A stretch of DNA of 64,000 nucleotides from an uncultured Spirochaetota bacterium (GTDB lineage Bacteria > Spirochaetota > Spirochaetia > SZUA-6 > Fen-1364), in assembly GCA_963745235.1 (NCBI GenBank), contig CAVUXE010000053.1, forward strand, positions 160,001 through 224,000. Reading direction: 5' to 3'. The notes under the pieces are model-generated. The model did not search any database. It saw only the letters and a program-made list of their open reading frames with translations, and was not told the origin of the DNA. The position numbers were made by a program, and so were the translations under genes. Positions 39,010-49,178 of the stretch are shown piece after piece. Numbering within the stretch: the first letter of the stretch is position 1; each line of letters starts with the position of its first letter.

Positions 39010-39794
39010 GGAAAGAGCATCATGTCGGCATCAGGATATGGATGTCCGTCACGTACGCAGCTCTTTTTTGTCCCCTCGTCGTGATCATCATCATGTCTTT
39101 CAACGGGACCAACTACGGGATGCTGCCCTTCGCCTTCACGGTCGACTGGTATCGGTACCTGTTCACACAAAGCGAGCTGTTCCCGGCGACGTGGCTTTCG
39201 CTTCGGCTTTCCACAATCGTCTGCTTGAGCGCGGTCATTGTGGGAATGCTCACGGCGCTCGGCGTTCAATACCTTCCCCGTCCTATTGCCCGCCGCTTCA
39301 TCGTGGTCTCCCAGCTCCCCATCGTGATCCCCTGGCTCGTCCAGGCCATTGCGCTTCTGCTTCTCTTCAATTTCCTTGGCGTCGGGCGCTCCTTCCTCTC
39401 CCTCTACTTGGGGAACCTCATCGTCGCGCTTCCGTACGTCATCATGATGGTCGCGGGCAGGTTCGCGGACGCCGACAGGACTCCAGAGGACGCCGCGAGG
39501 ATGCTCGGGGCAGGGCCGGTGCGGGTATTCGTCGACATCCTGCTCCCGATGCTGTTTCCAGGCATACTCTCGGGTGCGCTGATGTCATTCATTGTCTGCT
39601 TCAACGCCTTTTGCATGCAGTATTTCCTTTCACCCTTTGGAGTCAGAACGCTGCCCCTGGAGATCTTCACGCTGGTCCGTACAGGCTACAAGCCGGACAT
39701 GAACGCACTTGCAACTCTCCTGGTGGTCCTGTCCACTGTTCTCGTTGTGCTCTTGAACAGGCTGGGGTACTCCGCGAAGAAGATGTTTGGATGA
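39006..39794 (+). CDS. PotC-like ABC permease
   Basis: FTVDWY, EDAARMLGA, TLPLEIF, PDMNALA. Confidence 0.88.
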   Translation: MRKEHHVGIRIWMSVTYAALFCPLVVIIIMSFNGTNYGMLPFAFTVDWYRYLFTQSELFPATWLSLRLSTIVCLSAVIVGMLTALGVQYLPRPIARRFIVVSQLPIVIPWLVQAIALLLLFNFLGVGRSFLSLYLGNLIVALPYVIMMVAGRFADADRTPEDAARMLGAGPVRVFVDILLPMLFPGILSGALMSFIVCFNAFCMQYFLSPFGVRTLPLEIFTLVRTGYKPDMNALATLLVVLSTVLVVLLNRLGYSAKKMFG

Positions 39795-39815
39795 GGCCAG
39801 GGAGGGGCGTAGAGA

Positions 39816-40877
39816 TTGCCTGACTTGCTTGTGAAAGACCTGCGAAAGTCCTTCGGCGACACCACGGTGCTTTTTGGCGTTTCCTTTCAGGTCAGCAATG
39901 GAGAGTTTCTCTCCCTTCTGGGTCCATCAGGATGCGGGAAGACGACCATCCTCAGGATAATCAACGGCCTGGAGCCTCCGGACTCCGGCTCGGTGAGCGT
40001 CGACGGCAGGGATATCACCCGACTGCCTCCCGAGAAACGGAGGATCGGAATGGTCTTCCAGAACTACGCGCTGTTCCCGACCATGACGGTTTTCAACAAC
40101 ATCGCCTATGGCCTCAAGATACGCCGCATGAGCCGGACGTCGATCCGGGAAAAGGTGGGGTGGGCCCTCAAGCTGGTTGCGCTGGAAGGTCTGGGGGATC
40201 GGAAGGTCACAAGGCTCTCTGGAGGACAGCAACAAAGGGTCGCGCTTGCTCGCGCTCTTGTCATCGAACCTGACATTCTGCTGCTGGACGAGCCCCTGTC
40301 CGCGCTCGATCGCAAGATCCGTGGGGAGATGCAGTACGAGCTGAAGACGATCCAGCAAAAAGTCGGGATTACCACCGTATTCGTCACACACGACCAGGAA
40401 GAGGCGTTGACAATGTCGGACCGGGTAATCCTGATGAGGGGTGGCACCGTTGAGCAGGAGTCCGATCCATGGACCATTTACAATCACCCGGTAAGCATCT
40501 TTGCCTCGGATTTCCTGGGCAAATCGAATATCCTGGATGCAACGCTGGAGCAGCGGCCTGATGCATGGCACGTCGTGGGAGAGGGGTGGGATTTCCCCGT
40601 CACGTACCGCGGAGGAAACGCGGGGGACCGGGTCAGTGTGGCGGTGCGTGGTGAGCATTTTGTGCTGAAGACAGACCCGGACGCCGGCGGGAGTCCCTTT
40701 GTCATCGAGAAAAAAATCTTCACCGGACCGATCTGCAAGCTCATGGGCTCCCTTGGGCGGCAGCCGGTGGAGCTGGCAACCCTCAGCGCGCAGGCAGAAA
40801 GGTATTCCGTCGGTGACACGCTTTACGTGCGGCCGTCCTTGGAAACGACGCTGTATTTCCCTCGTTCGCGGAAGTAG
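39816..40877 (+). CDS. PotA-like ABC ATP-binding protein
   Basis: GPSGCGKTT, FQNYALFP, LSGGQQQRVALARA, VTHDQEEA. Confidence 0.92.
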   Translation: MPDLLVKDLRKSFGDTTVLFGVSFQVSNGEFLSLLGPSGCGKTTILRIINGLEPPDSGSVSVDGRDITRLPPEKRRIGMVFQNYALFPTMTVFNNIAYGLKIRRMSRTSIREKVGWALKLVALEGLGDRKVTRLSGGQQQRVALARALVIEPDILLLDEPLSALDRKIRGEMQYELKTIQQKVGITTVFVTHDQEEALTMSDRVILMRGGTVEQESDPWTIYNHPVSIFASDFLGKSNILDATLEQRPDAWHVVGEGWDFPVTYRGGNAGDRVSVAVRGEHFVLKTDPDAGGSPFVIEKKIFTGPICKLMGSLGRQPVELATLSAQAERYSVGDTLYVRPSLETTLYFPRSRK

Positions 40878-40886
40878 GACACGGAG

Positions 40887-43136
40887 GTGACGGGAATGTT
40901 TCAGCTCCCAAGCGCGAAGTACTGGAACACCTGGAGCTCGGGAAGCCCGGCGGCCATGGTCTTCCTTCCCGCTGGTTTCGAGATCAGGGTGGGGGCATAC
41001 AGTTACAAAGGACAAAGCTGTTCGTTCTTTCCATTTTCACCCGACACGACGCTGTACGAGCACCACCCCGACGGGCGCTATTGCCGACTCCAGGTGAGTC
41101 ACGAAGGCACGCGTCTGGAAATCGAATACCTCAAGACCGATGACTGGACCATCGTCGGATGCCTGCGATCCGTAGCGTCCGGCGAATGGGGTTTGAGATT
41201 CTGGCCCATAGTCTCCTTTGGATTTACGGGCGAAGGGACAATAGCGCGGGAAGGGCCGTTGGCCCACGGCTCCATGCGGAGCTACCAGGTCGCCTGGTCA
41301 TTCGAGAATCAACCTGTCCGGGCATGCCTGGCAGACCACCCCGAGCAACTGGGTCGGCGCATGGTCGAGCTGGGATATTATGCTCCACTCGCGGACGCGG
41401 AGAAGGCCCGGTGGTATTCGGTCGCCTACAATCTGGAGGAGACTCCCAGGATATGCTTTGCCGCCTCTGTCGGAAACGAGTATCGATCAGCAATGGACAC
41501 GTGCAGCTCCGCGATTGCGCTGGCGGCCTCCGATGGAGGTCGTGATGACCGGGGTCTGCACTCCAAGGGGCTTGCGACTTTGCATGGCCTCCCTCAGCAG
41601 ACGACGGGGGAGTATTCCTCTGCCGCGGAGGCCATCCGCGACGTGATGGCATGGAACGGAATTGCCGACACAAAGAATGGCCGGACGTACACGTCGCTCA
41701 CGCGCTTCTGGATCGACCGCAAGTTCGGGGGATGGTTTGTCTGGCTGGATGACATCTTCTATCATGCGCTCATCAATCTCTGGGCGGGGGACTGGACCAT
41801 GGCGCGCCGCAACATTGCGGCAGGGTGCGACAACCAGGTCCCGGCAGGGAACCTCGCGTGTCTCATGTCGGAGTTCACGGAGTGGGTTGACCGCTCGCAG
41901 CCGCCCATAGGCTCTTTTATCCTGCTCAAGTATCACCTCGTGACCGGCGACAGGCAACTGCTGGAAGAAGTCTATCCGGCCCTGCGGCGCGCGCACCTGT
42001 GGTGGTACGAGCACCGGGACGGCAATGCGAACGGCATTCTCGAATACGGCAGCTCCATGATCGGCAATGGTCATTTCAACGGCACAAAGCTGGCGGCAAA
42101 AGACGAGGCGGCAATGGACAACAGCCCCCTGTACGACTCCGCCCGGTTCGTCGCCGAGACAGGGACGCTCGACATGGAGGACATTGCCCTGAACAGCCTC
42201 CTCGCTCTGGATGGAGAGTGCCTGGTGGCGCTTGCGGAAGCCCTCGGAGACGACAGGACCGCCGCGGATGTCGGAGCCAGGGTCGCAAAGCTGAAACGCG
42301 ACATCGATGTTGTGCTGTGGGACGACACGAGGAAGTTGTACGCAAATCGCCACTGGGAGAAGGGTTTCGTCAGCCCGAGTCCCACGAGTTTCTACCCGTT
42401 GGCGGCCGGCATTCCAGGCGAGGAGCGCGTCGAGCACCTGCTTCGGCATCTGTTCGATGAGGGTGAGTTCTGGACACAGGCGCCTTTTCCTTCCATCTGG
42501 CTGAAGGATCCCGCGGTGGACGATAATGTGTACTGGCGGGGGAGATCGTGGCCCCCTCTGACTTTCATGATCTACGTCGGACTGAAGCGTTACGGGCGCG
42601 ACGAGCAGGCGAACCGGGTTGCAACCAGGGTCATGGCAAACTTCGACCGGATCTGGAGATCGGAACGACGGTGCTACGAGAACCACAATGCGCGGACGGG
42701 GGAAGGCAGGGACTCGGTTGACGCCGACCCCTACTATGGATGGGGGGCTCTCCTGCCTTTGATGTGGATACTGGAGCACATCGATGTCGATCCGTGGAAT
42801 GGGTTCCATTTCGGCAGCGTTACCGGGAATGAAGTCCGCCTGGAGGGGATCAAGATGCGGGACGGCACCTATGACCTGGACGTCAGCTCCGGAAGGACCT
42901 CGTTGTACCGCAATCACGATATCATTCTTGATTCCAACGCCCGCGGAAGATTCAGACATTTCCGATACGAGCCTCACTACGCCGCCGTCCAGGTTGGTCC
43001 GCAGGGCGCCGCATGCGAGGTAGCCTTTCCGCGGAGAAAGCCCGTGAGAGTTCTCATCAACGGCAAGGAAGCCCGCGTCGAAACCGTCATGAACGTGGCG
43101 GCGGAAACGCGGACCCTCATCGAAATCTGGGACTGA
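40887..43136 (+). CDS. GH63 / MGH1-like (alpha/alpha)6 glycoside hydrolase
   Basis: FVWLDDIFY, RSQPPIG, WWYEHRDGNANG, AAMDNSP, YWRGRSWPP, CYENHN, YYGWG. Confidence 0.8.
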   Translation: MTGMFQLPSAKYWNTWSSGSPAAMVFLPAGFEIRVGAYSYKGQSCSFFPFSPDTTLYEHHPDGRYCRLQVSHEGTRLEIEYLKTDDWTIVGCLRSVASGEWGLRFWPIVSFGFTGEGTIAREGPLAHGSMRSYQVAWSFENQPVRACLADHPEQLGRRMVELGYYAPLADAEKARWYSVAYNLEETPRICFAASVGNEYRSAMDTCSSAIALAASDGGRDDRGLHSKGLATLHGLPQQTTGEYSSAAEAIRDVMAWNGIADTKNGRTYTSLTRFWIDRKFGGWFVWLDDIFYHALINLWAGDWTMARRNIAAGCDNQVPAGNLACLMSEFTEWVDRSQPPIGSFILLKYHLVTGDRQLLEEVYPALRRAHLWWYEHRDGNANGILEYGSSMIGNGHFNGTKLAAKDEAAMDNSPLYDSARFVAETGTLDMEDIALNSLLALDGECLVALAEALGDDRTAADVGARVAKLKRDIDVVLWDDTRKLYANRHWEKGFVSPSPTSFYPLAAGIPGEERVEHLLRHLFDEGEFWTQAPFPSIWLKDPAVDDNVYWRGRSWPPLTFMIYVGLKRYGRDEQANRVATRVMANFDRIWRSERRCYENHNARTGEGRDSVDADPYYGWGALLPLMWILEHIDVDPWNGFHFGSVTGNEVRLEGIKMRDGTYDLDVSSGRTSLYRNHDIILDSNARGRFRHFRYEPHYAAVQVGPQGAACEVAFPRRKPVRVLINGKEARVETVMNVAAETRTLIEIWD

Positions 43137-43145
43137 CGGCTCTGT

Positions 43146-45032
43146 ATGAATGCCAAACGGATCGACAAGGCGCTGCGGGAAATTGAAAAGCGCTATCGGC
43201 TTCTTTTCAATTCCATCAGTGACATGATTCTCGTCTACCCGCTCCACGAGGTCTCCACACCGCAGCGTCTTGTGGAAGTCAACGATGTCGCTTGCCAGCG
43301 TCTCGGATACACGCGTGAAGAGATGCTGCGGATGACGACCCACGACATTGGCGCCGCGGAAGCGGTCGCCGCCGTTCCCCAGATGACGGCCCGGCTGCGG
43401 GAGGAAGGACTGGCAGTATGGGAGGGGATGCTCCGAACAAGAAGCGGCCCTGCCATACCGGTCGAAATCAGCAATCGCCTGTTCGATCTGGACGGAAAGC
43501 CGATGGTGGTGGCGACGGTTCGCGACATCACAGAGCGCAAGCAGGCGGAAGAAGCGATCCGGGAGAGCCAGGAACATACCCGCGCCATCATGGAGTCCGC
43601 CCTCGATGCGATTGTGACGATTGATGACAAGGGAAACATAACGTACTGGAACTCGGCCGCGGAGCGCATCCTGGGCTATCCGCGAGCGGAAACCATCGGC
43701 AGGAATCTTCACGATATGATCACGCCGGAGCGGTTTCTTCCTGCCCATCGCGCGGCCTTCCCAGAGTTTCAGCGATCCGGGCATGGATCCGGCCTCGGGG
43801 CGACGCACGAGCTTGCCGCCCGTCGCAAGGATGGCCGGGAGATAGACATCGCGCTCTCTCTGTCGGCAATGCGCATCAAGGGAAGCTGGCACGCTATCGG
43901 CATCGTGCAGGACATCACGGAACGCAAGAAGGCCGAGGAGAAACTGCGCCAAAGCGAAGCGCGACTGCGACGAGCCGAGCTCGCTTCGAAGTCAGGCAAC
44001 TGGGAGCTCCATCTCGAATCAGAGACCGTCCTTGCTTCCGAAGGCGCACAGAAGATCTATGGCTCCTTCAAAGACACGCTTGACTATGCCGTCGTCAAAG
44101 GGTTCCCCCTGCCCGAATATCGGCCGATGCTGGATGCCTCCCTGCGATCTCTCATCGAAGAGGATCTTCCCTCTGCAGTCGAATATCGCATACGAGCTGC
44201 TGATTCAGGCGCCATAAAGGACATCCGGTCGATAGCCACATTCGACAGGGAAAAGCGAGTAGTCTTTGGCGTCATTCAGGACATCACGGAGCAGAAAGCC
44301 CTTCAGGCGCAGATCATGCGGGCACAGAGGCTGGAGAGCCTGAGCCGGCTGGCGGGAGGAATCGCCCACCAATTCAACAACATCAACACCATAGTCATGG
44401 GGTACCTGGGCGTCCTTGCCAGGGAGGCGGATCTCTCGGAGGCGGCCAGGAGCTGCGTTCACGAAGCCCTGAAAGGGGTCGAGCGTGCGGTGAACATTAC
44501 CGAGCGCATGCAAGGCCTGACGGTCACGCGCGGCGGCGGCCAAAAAGGCGTCAGCCTCAATGAGATTGTCCGCGCTTTGGTGCCAACCTTTGAGGACCGT
44601 GTCCGCGAGCAGGGCGCGCAAGTCATCCTGGAGCTTCCTGAGATTCAGCCGGTCCGGATGAACCTTTCTCAACTGAAGTTCATAGTTGCCAGCCTCTTTT
44701 CCAATGCAATCGATGCGCTGCTGGGATGTCCCCGACGAATCGTGACGATACGCTGCGGCGAGGCAGAAGGCCTCGTATTTCTCGAAGTGGGTGACACCGG
44801 CCGGGGGATACCCACGGAAGACTTGACCGGGATTTTCACTCCGTTTTTCACCACAAAGGGTGAGTGGGCTCCCCAGGGATCGCCGCAGAGCATGGTGAAA
44901 GGGGTCGGCCTGAGTCTTGCGGTCTGCCAGAGCACGGTCTCGGAGTCAGGGGGGAGGATCGAGGTGGAGAGCAAGGTCGGAGTCGGCTCAACCTTCCGCG
45001 CCTGGCTCCCGACAGACGCGGGCATTTGTTGA
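43146..45032 (+). CDS. Cytoplasmic multi-PAS sensor histidine kinase
   Basis: Three PAS/PAC repeats (DITERK), LAGGIAHQFNN H-box, NAIDA, DTGRGI, PFFTTK. Confidence 0.88.
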   Translation: MNAKRIDKALREIEKRYRLLFNSISDMILVYPLHEVSTPQRLVEVNDVACQRLGYTREEMLRMTTHDIGAAEAVAAVPQMTARLREEGLAVWEGMLRTRSGPAIPVEISNRLFDLDGKPMVVATVRDITERKQAEEAIRESQEHTRAIMESALDAIVTIDDKGNITYWNSAAERILGYPRAETIGRNLHDMITPERFLPAHRAAFPEFQRSGHGSGLGATHELAARRKDGREIDIALSLSAMRIKGSWHAIGIVQDITERKKAEEKLRQSEARLRRAELASKSGNWELHLESETVLASEGAQKIYGSFKDTLDYAVVKGFPLPEYRPMLDASLRSLIEEDLPSAVEYRIRAADSGAIKDIRSIATFDREKRVVFGVIQDITEQKALQAQIMRAQRLESLSRLAGGIAHQFNNINTIVMGYLGVLAREADLSEAARSCVHEALKGVERAVNITERMQGLTVTRGGGQKGVSLNEIVRALVPTFEDRVREQGAQVILELPEIQPVRMNLSQLKFIVASLFSNAIDALLGCPRRIVTIRCGEAEGLVFLEVGDTGRGIPTEDLTGIFTPFFTTKGEWAPQGSPQSMVKGVGLSLAVCQSTVSESGGRIEVESKVGVGSTFRAWLPTDAGIC

Positions 45033-45102
45033 CTCGCTTGCCGCGAAGGTGGCACCTTTGATGGAGGGATGCCGATGACGCAGTCTCTGAAGGAGGCCCG
45101 CT

Positions 45103-45447
45103 ATGCCGCCTGTCAGCGTGGACGAGGAGCTGGAGCGTCTCCACCGCGAGCTCGAACGGCTTCGCGGTGAGGCCGAACGACTGAGAACCGAGCTTGCCCA
45201 AAGACCGCGCGCTGCGAAAGAGCTTTCAGAGGCGACCAGGACGGGCATTGCGGCTCGCGACCTGCTGGCCTCTCTCGCCGACGCGCTGGCATTCGCGGGG
45301 CAAGGAGGCGTTCTTCGCCTCACCGCAACCACGACAGACATCCTCAAGCTCGTTTCTCTTTGCGAAGACGATGCGGCAAGAGCTGGCCCGCTTGTCGACG
45401 CTGAGTCCCGCTGGTATGCGAATGTGATTCGAAGGTCACTCCTCTGA
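45103..45447 (+). CDS. Hypothetical protein with N-terminal coiled coil
   Basis: AAGGAGG RBS; heptad-like ELERLHRELERLRGEAERL. Confidence 0.55.
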   Translation: MPPVSVDEELERLHRELERLRGEAERLRTELAQRPRAAKELSEATRTGIAARDLLASLADALAFAGQGGVLRLTATTTDILKLVSLCEDDAARAGPLVDAESRWYANVIRRSLL

Positions 45448-45542
45448 CCGATCGACAACCTCGCTTTGCGCGCGAGACGAGGAACGCGCCCCACCCGCGC
45501 GTCAACCAGCTCCGCTATGCACACCTGCACAGGAGGTAGCGC

Positions 45543-46358
45543 GTGATCAGCTACGAGAACAGGACTGCGCTCATCACGGGCGCGTCGTCGGGAATCGGCA
45601 GGGCCTTCGCGGAGACACTCTCCTCGAAAGGCGCCAACGTGATCCTGGTGGCGCGCTCAAAGGCCAAACTGGACGCGCTGGCCGCGAAGATCAGGAGGTC
45701 AAACCAGGTGACTGTCCACGTCATCGTGGCGGATCTCAGCAAGGAAGACGGGCCCCGCAGAGTCCACGAGGCGACAAAGAGACTGAGGCGCGACGTGGAC
45801 GTCCTGATCAACAACGCGGGGTTTGGCACCTACGGCCCCTTTCACACCATCCCCGCGGGGGAAGATCACGACGAGATCATGCTCAACGTTGCCGCTGTGG
45901 TGCGCCTCACCCACGTGTTCCTTCCGGCCATGCGTGAGCGGCACACGGGGATCATCGTCAACGTGGCCTCGGGCGCCGCATTCCAGGCGGCACCCTACAT
46001 GGCGGTGTACGGGGCGTCGAAGGCCTTTGTACTTTCGTTCTCCGAGGCTCTCTGGGCCGAGTATCGCGGCCAGGGAATCAGCGTCCTGGCCCTGTGTCCC
46101 GGCCCTACTGACACGGGCTTCTTCAAAGTTGCCCGCAACGAGGACGCAGTGGCGGGACGGAAGCGCTCTCCCCAGGCGGTGGTCGACACGGCGCTGAGGG
46201 CCCTGGACCGTGGAAGGTCATCCGCAATCGACGGCGGTCTCCTCCGCCTCGGGATCTTTTCGGAGCGGCTCGTCTCGCGATCCGTCGTCGCCCGGTCTGC
46301 CGCGAAGATCATGGCACCCCGGCGTGCGGGCAGGGAGGAGCGCTTCCCCCGAGCGTGA
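45543..46358 (+). CDS. Short-chain dehydrogenase/reductase
   Basis: TGASSGIG, INNAGFG, YGASK. Confidence 0.92.
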   Translation: MISYENRTALITGASSGIGRAFAETLSSKGANVILVARSKAKLDALAAKIRRSNQVTVHVIVADLSKEDGPRRVHEATKRLRRDVDVLINNAGFGTYGPFHTIPAGEDHDEIMLNVAAVVRLTHVFLPAMRERHTGIIVNVASGAAFQAAPYMAVYGASKAFVLSFSEALWAEYRGQGISVLALCPGPTDTGFFKVARNEDAVAGRKRSPQAVVDTALRALDRGRSSAIDGGLLRLGIFSERLVSRSVVARSAAKIMAPRRAGREERFPRA

Positions 46359-46359
46359 T

Positions 46360-47061
46360 TCACGCGCCCGAAAGAAATCCGCTCCTGACGAGCGCCTCGT
46401 AGGCGCCCTTCATGGCATCTTTGTTCCGCTCAATCCCTTTCTTGATCATGGGGCGCATGACCAGCGCGTTCGGGAGTCTTCCCAGCAGGTTCTGAAGCGG
46501 GAACCTCTTCTTTGTGCTGAAATCTGCCACGATCTTCCGTCCCAGTGACGCGGCGGCCCGGAGCGCCTTCGGCTTGGAGGACGCGTGTTTTCCATGCAGG
46601 TGGACGGCAAGAGTGCCGGTGACATAGCCGCGTCGAAAGACGCCGTGTTGAACGTTTGCGGCAAGCTGACGAGCCACTGTCTTTGCTCCGGAGCCGCCCG
46701 CTGTGGCCATTCCGACAACGTATTTCCCGCCGAGTGCGGATGTCAGGAATGCGAGCTGCCCCAGGCGGTCGAACAGGTTCTTCATGCGGGCGTTCATTGC
46801 TCTGCCGTATGTCGGGGAGCAAAGGATCATGCCATCCGCGGCCAGGAGCTGAGATCGTACCTCCTCAAAATCATCATCGATCACGCAGCGACCCGACATC
46901 ATGCACCCCCGGCAGTCTCGGCAGAACTCGATGTTGCGATCCGAAAGAAACACTTCGGAGACCGTGGCCCCTTCTTTTCTCGCCCCTGCAAGGGCCGCCC
47001 TGACGAGCGCGGCCCCGCTTCCGTCCGCATGGGGACTTGAGATCACACCAACAACTTTCAT
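46360..47061 (-). CDS. Flavodoxin family (iron-sulfur flavoprotein-like) protein
   Basis: VISSPH, CRDCRGC..C..DD, SPTY, MKNLFDR. Confidence 0.85.
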   Translation of the reverse strand: MKVVGVISSPHADGSGAALVRAALAGARKEGATVSEVFLSDRNIEFCRDCRGCMMSGRCVIDDDFEEVRSQLLAADGMILCSPTYGRAMNARMKNLFDRLGQLAFLTSALGGKYVVGMATAGGSGAKTVARQLAANVQHGVFRRGYVTGTLAVHLHGKHASSKPKALRAAASLGRKIVADFSTKKRFPLQNLLGRLPNALVMRPMIKKGIERNKDAMKGAYEALVRSGFLSGA

Positions 47062-47270
47062 TTCAACTTCCTCCGTGCCATTGATGACGGGACGATGGAG
47101 CGTTTATTGCATCACATCGCCCAGACTCAAACCGCTGTTCAGCGACGCGGCGCGCGGATCGTTCTTTCGTCTTGCTTTTCAGCGCGGACGGGAACATACT
47201 CGACGTACGATGTCGCCGGTCGGCGACGCCATGTATGGTCCCGGCTCTCCGCGATGGCAAGGAGGCAAGC

Positions 47271-49103
47271 ATGGGTGTGCCTGACAATCTCAAGAAACAT
47301 CTGGGAAAGATAGAAGCCGCTTTCAAGAAAGACGGCTTCTTTGTCCATGCAAGCTGCAGCAAGGACGGTCGAATCGGCGTCTCCGCAAGGCGCTGTTGCA
47401 AAGCGAAGAACACCTTCAAGCAGGCCTACTACGTCGAGGGTGATCACCACACAATGGGCTGGCTGCTTGGCTTCATGGCCGAACGGGAGGTTGCCCGCAT
47501 GACGACCTCCTATCGAATAAGAGTGATCGAGGCTTTTATCGATCCGGAGCTGAGGGATACAAAGTTCGCTGAGCGTATCCAGAAACTCATCCTCAGGAAG
47601 ATCGTGGCCCCGTGGGTGGAGAAGATGAAGTCTGACATTCCCTGCGAGCTCAGACAGGAGATGGAAGGCCTCCTTGAAGGATGCCGTGCCGCAAACAAAG
47701 ATACCCTTGTCACACTGAAGGACCTCTGGGAGCTCAACGCCGGGCCGGATGCAGTTCTTGCCCACGCGTATACGGGAAAGCTCTTTGCCCGGAAAGCCTC
47801 GCCACGAGACCTTCGGGTGCCGCTTCACTGCAACGCGTTTGCCGCGCCGGGAACCGGGAAGCGAAGGCTCTTCGGGCGTGACTTCATCTTTCCCACCGCG
47901 CACGTCTTCCAGGACGTCGCATGCATGATAATCTATCGGCCGGATTCAGCGGGCACCACCGCGCGTCATGGTATTGTCAGTCAGACCGCGCCTGGGTTCG
48001 TCGGCAGCCTGACAGCGCTCAACAGCAAAGGCGTTGCGATCGGAGTCAACATGACACCTTCACACCTGTGCAACGCCGGCAGGCCGGGATTCAACGGACT
48101 CATGCTCGCCCGCCACTGCATGGAGCTCGCGGATTCGGCTCCGGCCGCCGCGCAATTGATCGTGGACGCTCAGAGGGGCGTTGCATGGATCTACCCCGTG
48201 GCGGACGCAAAGGGAAATGCCTTTGCCGTGGAGGCGGGAGCCCGACTGGGCGATGGCGAAGAGTTTCCCTATCTTGATTACATTCCGCACTACTATCGAA
48301 GACGACTGCCCGACCTTCAGTACATACGGGACATGCAGCGCAAGTACGGGAACAAGCCGCCAGACCACGGGGCTTTTGCCCGCGCCGCAGACTACAAGTA
48401 TCCCTTTGATTTCATCAAGAAGTGGAACAAGGGGCTGTGGATGGCATATGAGCGCAACCTTCTGGAGAAACTGGAGGACCTGCTCTTCGATCTCGGGACT
48501 ATTCTTGGCAGGATCTTCACGGGCAGAGGAAAGAGTCTGCGCGGGATCCTCCACAAGGCGGTCATGGACTTCAAGAACCGAAAGTTGTTTTCGCAAAGCT
48601 ATTTTACAGAGCATGGCTTCATCGACCCCTTGTGGACGGACAAGCGCTGTCCCGGACCCTTTTACTTCAGCCCGCAAAGGGAGACGCGGTCGGACGTTCT
48701 TGTCGCCACCAACAATTTTCTTTCCCCCGAAATGCGGCTCGTTGGAATGAATGCATGGACTTCTGTCCTGGGCTACGCACAGTACGATGACTTTCAGTGG
48801 CGCTACGACGAGCTCTGCAAAGAGGTCCTTGGCGCGCTGAAAGCCCACCGACGGGGACTGAACGATAGAACGGCGTGGTCAATAGTGAATTTCCTCACAC
48901 CCGGCGGGAAGTTTCCGGAGTACCACAATTACCCGCAGAGCAGGAACGCAAAGCCGGATTGGCAGGATGTCGAAGTGAATGGCAGCGTCAGTCTTTGCGA
49001 TCTCACGGGGCGGACGCTGAAGAGCCTTTTCGGGTACTACGGTGATGACCCCGTAACAATAACGTTGCCGAATTACCTGGAGGAGACCACGCGAGGCGGG
49101 TAG
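47271..49103 (+). CDS. Ntn-hydrolase, peptidase C45 / acid-ceramidase-like
   Basis: QEMEGLLEG, LNAGPD, H|CNAFAA..LFGRDF, PGFVGSLTALNSKGV, ATNNF. Confidence 0.7.
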   Translation: MGVPDNLKKHLGKIEAAFKKDGFFVHASCSKDGRIGVSARRCCKAKNTFKQAYYVEGDHHTMGWLLGFMAEREVARMTTSYRIRVIEAFIDPELRDTKFAERIQKLILRKIVAPWVEKMKSDIPCELRQEMEGLLEGCRAANKDTLVTLKDLWELNAGPDAVLAHAYTGKLFARKASPRDLRVPLHCNAFAAPGTGKRRLFGRDFIFPTAHVFQDVACMIIYRPDSAGTTARHGIVSQTAPGFVGSLTALNSKGVAIGVNMTPSHLCNAGRPGFNGLMLARHCMELADSAPAAAQLIVDAQRGVAWIYPVADAKGNAFAVEAGARLGDGEEFPYLDYIPHYYRRRLPDLQYIRDMQRKYGNKPPDHGAFARAADYKYPFDFIKKWNKGLWMAYERNLLEKLEDLLFDLGTILGRIFTGRGKSLRGILHKAVMDFKNRKLFSQSYFTEHGFIDPLWTDKRCPGPFYFSPQRETRSDVLVATNNFLSPEMRLVGMNAWTSVLGYAQYDDFQWRYDELCKEVLGALKAHRRGLNDRTAWSIVNFLTPGGKFPEYHNYPQSRNAKPDWQDVEVNGSVSLCDLTGRTLKSLFGYYGDDPVTITLPNYLEETTRGG

Positions 49104-49178
49104 TCATTTCCGCAGTGAACAGCCTGAAGGGCTGTTTTGCCGCGGTTCTGCGCCATGGACGATCAGCCCTGTCGATGA

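Noticed and set aside
41487-43952. 821-aa minus-strand ORF, and similar long antisense ORFs (3738-5621, 20568-22775, 30851-32533, 59849-61462)
   Set aside because: Shadow ORFs opposite well-supported genes in high-GC DNA; no motifs
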